Source of the DNA: a virus
DNA length: 39,179 nt
Strand: one strand, 5' to 3'
IMG/VR virus record: IMGVR_UViG_3300029479_000010
In this document: piece by piece, positions 36,270 to 39,179 of the stretch
Layout of the letters: the number at the start of each line of letters is the position of its first letter
How positions within the stretch are numbered: the stretch's first letter is position 1
Made by a program: the position numbers and the translations under genes
The notes under the pieces: model-generated
Database searches by the model: none
What the model was told of the DNA's origin: nothing
Seen by the model: only the letters and a program-made list of their open reading frames with translations

Positions 36270-36363
36270 ATTTGCAATTCATTCCTAAATATAAAGGTGA
36301 TTGTCGCACTTATATACAAAGTGGTGATTGTCGCACTTATTAGAGAGAAGAGAAAGAAAAAAA
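36270..36363 (+). promoter_or_regulatory. Repeated ~92-bp module, copy B (phiOR-like position). Tandem phage promoter-like sequences at 36296..36316 and 36323..36351, then a purine tract.
   Basis: Three mismatches to 6463..6554. It is upstream of the two right-end + strand genes. Confidence 0.6.
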
Positions 36364-36485
36364 AAATCCAAACACGAGGGGGAAAGACAACACTTAGATA
36401 TACATATAAGTACATATATGTAACATTAAGGTACATTAAGATTCCTTTATGTAACAATATGTAACATTAAGGAGGCATATAAGTA

Positions 36486-36746
36486 ATGATTGATGATTAT
36501 AATAAAGACCACTTACCAGTACCTTCTTGTAGTACCAGGGTTATGAGACCTGGGAGAAACAAGCGTCCATATACACAATTACAAAGACGACTATCTAAGG
36601 TATTGTTTATTAGTATTATTATTATTTTAATATTGTTTATTAGCACATTCATAATGACCCTATGTGGCATCAATGTACCCAATATTAATTACTTATTGGA
36701 AGCATTGAGAGTCATAGGGGGATTATGGGGACAAACAGGACTCTAA
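36486..36746 (+). CDS. Hypothetical membrane protein (86 aa, central TM helix)
   Basis: ORF with AAGGAGG at 36469..36475. Confidence 0.6.
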   Translation: MIDDYNKDHLPVPSCSTRVMRPGRNKRPYTQLQRRLSKVLFISIIIILILFISTFIMTLCGINVPNINYLLEALRVIGGLWGQTGL

Positions 36747-36804
36747 CCAGTTTGGTCAGTTATGATAAACAATATCTAAACAATAGGAGGATATAATTTA
36801 TAAA

Positions 36805-37326
36805 ATGTTTATTATTTCAGAGCAACGAAAGAAGATATTAATTATAATTATAGCTATTATTCTTTTCTTGAGTGGTTTATTCATTGGTTATAAACTGTTT
36901 TCACCACCTAAGGAAGAAGCTAATTATGGTAAGTTTGCAACATCCGATAAAGATATTATTACTGTGACCAATACGCACCAAGTACGTCCTAAAACGTCCT
37001 TAACGTCCCCAGATGTTACTATAAGACAGCCTGAAGTGGTTGTACAGCTGCCCAATAAGGGTATCGTTAAGGTACCACAGGGGCACACTTTGGACAATAA
37101 GACACAATTAGATTTAACACCCGTCATTAAGGAGATGGCAAGTGAAAGATATAAAAGGAATTGGGAAGTGGGGGCTGGTGTGGGGTATAATAAAGAACGA
37201 CATTCTGTTTATTATCCTATTGCTGTACAGCGCAATTTCAGCTATGATAGAGCTATTGAGGCGATAGTAGGGGTAGATAAGCATGGTGTCCAGAATGTGT
37301 CTGTAGTCTATAAAGTTAAGTTTTAA
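36805..37326 (+). CDS. Hypothetical envelope protein (173 aa). N-terminal signal-anchor/TM, beta-rich C-terminus ending in Phe.
   Basis: ORF with AGGAGG at 36785..36790. Hydrophobic segment ILIIIIAIILFLSGLFIG. C-terminal VVYKVKF. Confidence 0.6.
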   Translation: MFIISEQRKKILIIIIAIILFLSGLFIGYKLFSPPKEEANYGKFATSDKDIITVTNTHQVRPKTSLTSPDVTIRQPEVVVQLPNKGIVKVPQGHTLDNKTQLDLTPVIKEMASERYKRNWEVGAGVGYNKERHSVYYPIAVQRNFSYDRAIEAIVGVDKHGVQNVSVVYKVKF

Positions 37327-37419
37327 CAATTGACACAAAATAGACACACGATACCCTGATTATTCAGCAAATATCGTATTTATTATTATTTTAAGCATTT
37401 TATTTTGATGTATTTAAGT

Positions 37420-37497
37420 GCTACAATTCTACCTCCGATTGTAGCCTTTGATAGAATAAGAATACAAAATGTGCCAATTAGTCACACTATTGGCACA
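37420..37497. terminator. Two adjacent hairpins in the convergent gap between the 36805 gene and the integrase. gctacaat/attgtagc is at 37420..37445. tgtgccaat/attggcaca is at 37470..37497, and on the minus strand it is followed by UUUUGUAUUCUU.
   Basis: Perfect 8-bp and 9-bp inverted repeats read directly. The second lies 10 nt after the integrase stop. Confidence 0.5.
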
Positions 37498-37506
37498 CAA
37501 TGGTTC

Positions 37507-38607
37507 TTATTTCTTGTTTATTAAATTGTTTATAAGGGAGGCAGCTTTTTTGTCTTCTTCCTGGACGGCATGGGTGTACCTATTGAGCGTTATAGAGACA
37601 TCACTGTGTCCTAAGCGGGCACTTACTGTCTTTGGATTGACACCTTTTGCTATTAACCAGGTGGCATTGGTGTGCCGTAAGTCATGAAAGCGCATATGGA
37701 GCCCTAATGACTCACTAAGGTGCTTAAAGGCTACAGAAATGGCTGTAGGGGCAAAATAAGATCCAATAGCATTCGGAAAGACAACAATATCATGCTTTTT
37801 ATAAGTGAGTAGTATTTTGATAGTTTGAGCATCTACTGCTATTGTTCTTTGTGCCTTCTGTGTCTTAGGTGTTTGTATAGAGGTGTCTGAAGCAATAGAG
37901 CGGTGGATAGTAATTGTATTATTGGCTGTGTCTATATCCGACCAGTGAAGACCTAAGACTTCACCACGTCTAAAGCCGCATTCTAAGCACAAGAGGATGA
38001 TAGGGTACCAGGGGATACCTGTATGTACCTTCATGTTCTTAACTGAATTTAGTAATAGCTGTGCTTCATTGATTGTTAAAGGTACTATTTCTTTTTGTCT
38101 TGTTTTTATATTTTCAGACAAAGATACAGGATTAGTAAAGATAAGCTCTTCTGCTATTGCTGTCTGAAATATCATACTTAGGACAGTCCGATAGACATTC
38201 GTAGTAGCACTGCTATAATTTTTATGTTGAATAAGAAAAGTATTTATATCTTTTGTCTTAATATCCTTCAGGGGTGTTTGATGAAAGAAGGGTATAAAAT
38301 GCTTATTTATATAATGAATGTAAGATTTATATGTTGTACTTTTTACTTTGCCTTCTTTGATTTCTAAGAAGTGATTACAGTAAATATTAAAAGGAGTCAT
38401 GCTATTAATGCTAAGGATACCTTTTTCTTTTTCATATTGGTATTGTTGCATTAGTTTGATGACTTCTCTTTTGTCTGTACCTGTGAAGGTTTTCCTGATA
38501 CGTTTTTGTGTCTGGGGGTCTTTACCGAGGTCTAAGAAGCCTCTATAGTGTCCCTTTTTGTACTCAATGATACTGCCTTCACCCTTTTGTCTTCGTTGAT
38601 GTTTCAT
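37507..38607 (-). CDS. int: Tyrosine-type site-specific recombinase/integrase
   Basis: C-terminal catalytic region ...RFHDLRHTNATWLIAKGVNPKTVSARLGHSDVSITLNRYTHAV (R..H-x-x-R...Y). ATG at 38607 with AAGGAG 6 nt upstream on the minus strand. The track's 38631 TTG start is less likely. Confidence 0.85.
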   Translation of the reverse strand: MKHQRRQKGEGSIIEYKKGHYRGFLDLGKDPQTQKRIRKTFTGTDKREVIKLMQQYQYEKEKGILSINSMTPFNIYCNHFLEIKEGKVKSTTYKSYIHYINKHFIPFFHQTPLKDIKTKDINTFLIQHKNYSSATTNVYRTVLSMIFQTAIAEELIFTNPVSLSENIKTRQKEIVPLTINEAQLLLNSVKNMKVHTGIPWYPIILLCLECGFRRGEVLGLHWSDIDTANNTITIHRSIASDTSIQTPKTQKAQRTIAVDAQTIKILLTYKKHDIVVFPNAIGSYFAPTAISVAFKHLSESLGLHMRFHDLRHTNATWLIAKGVNPKTVSARLGHSDVSITLNRYTHAVQEEDKKAASLINNLINKK

Positions 38608-38904
38608 TATGGTCTCCTTTAGGGGGCACAAAAATAAAAATATGTAAAAATTGTGAAATGTGGGTTAATGAATTACAAAATATAAAAATACCCCCATATG
38701 TCCCTAATTGTACCATATGTCCCATATAGTAATAATAAAGTAAATCTGATACATATAGGCCCTAATGTGCCCAAGGTGTGACTATAAAGAAACCATAAAC
38801 AATCTATAACGTTTTACATATACCTATAGGGGTATATGGTATACCTGGTGTAGCCCATAATTCCTCATTTTGTTTCCTTTTTGTCAGGATTTATGGGCGT
38901 AAAA

Positions 38905-39003
38905 GGGGACGTAAAGGGACAATAAGGGGACAATAAGGGGACAATAAGGGGACAATAAGGGGACAATAAGGGGACAATAAGGGGACAATAAGGGGACATA
39001 ATG
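38905..39003. repeat. Tandem array of the 11-bp unit gggacaataag: 7 perfect copies at 38916..38992 plus degenerate flanking units
   Basis: Counted directly. It is oriented inversely (GGGACA) to the TGTCCC core of the 10-bp terminal-repeat units. Confidence 0.85.
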
Positions 39004-39080
39004 TTACCTGTTTGTTGTTTAAATGATAACGTTTTTGTTATCAATAAGGGACATATAGATATTTTATCTGTTAGATATCG

Positions 39081-39179
39081 AACAATATGTTCATCAATGT
39101 ACTTATTGTTTCCTAAATGTCCCTAAATGTCCCTAAATGTCCCTAAATGTCCCTAAATGTCCCTAAATGTCCCTAAATG
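39081..39179. repeat. Direct terminal repeat, right copy (identical to 1..99). The window ends within the 10-bp array.
   Basis: Exact match to the window start. Confidence 0.9.

Overview
The window looks like the complete or near-complete 39.2-kb genome of a T7-like (Autographiviridae-type) podophage in the canonical T7 left-to-right orientation. Bases 1..99 are identical to 39081..39179, so it carries direct terminal repeats of at least 99 bp.

Nearly all genes are on the + strand and colinear with T7:
- Early region: orphan early genes, a coupled membrane peptide, and the single-subunit RNA polymerase (3577..6135).
- DNA metabolism: dUTPase, gp2.5 SSB, endonuclease I, a gp3.5-like protein, primase-helicase, DNA polymerase, gp5.7-like protein, gp6 exonuclease.
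- Virion genes: gp6.7, gp7.3, portal, scaffold, major capsid, tail tube A/B, internal virion proteins gp13-gp16, tail fiber.
- Lysis and packaging: holin, endolysin, small and large terminase.

Departures from T7:
- Only two minus-strand genes exist: a tyrosine integrase at the right end and a ribbon-helix-helix (RHH) protein at the left end. They flank the terminal repeat and lie next to the early-promoter region, which suggests a temperate-type module.
- The terminal repeat is built of 10-bp tandem units and is flanked on both sides by further short tandem arrays.
- A ~92-bp module carrying two tandem phage-type promoter-like sequences occurs twice, after the RNAP gene and after the terminase gene.
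- A tRNA-Trp(CCA) lies between the capsid and tail-tube genes.
- The gp3.5 (amidase/RNAP-inhibitor) homologue lacks the zinc-ligand residues. A separate glucosaminidase-type endolysin sits beside the holin, and gp16 carries a glucosaminidase-like N-terminal domain.
- A GNAT acetyltransferase is inserted after gene 6. The DNA polymerase lacks the thioredoxin-binding loop.
- There are no recognisable ocr, 0.7 kinase or ligase genes.

All functional calls rest on remembered similarity to T7 proteins and motif inspection. No database search was possible.
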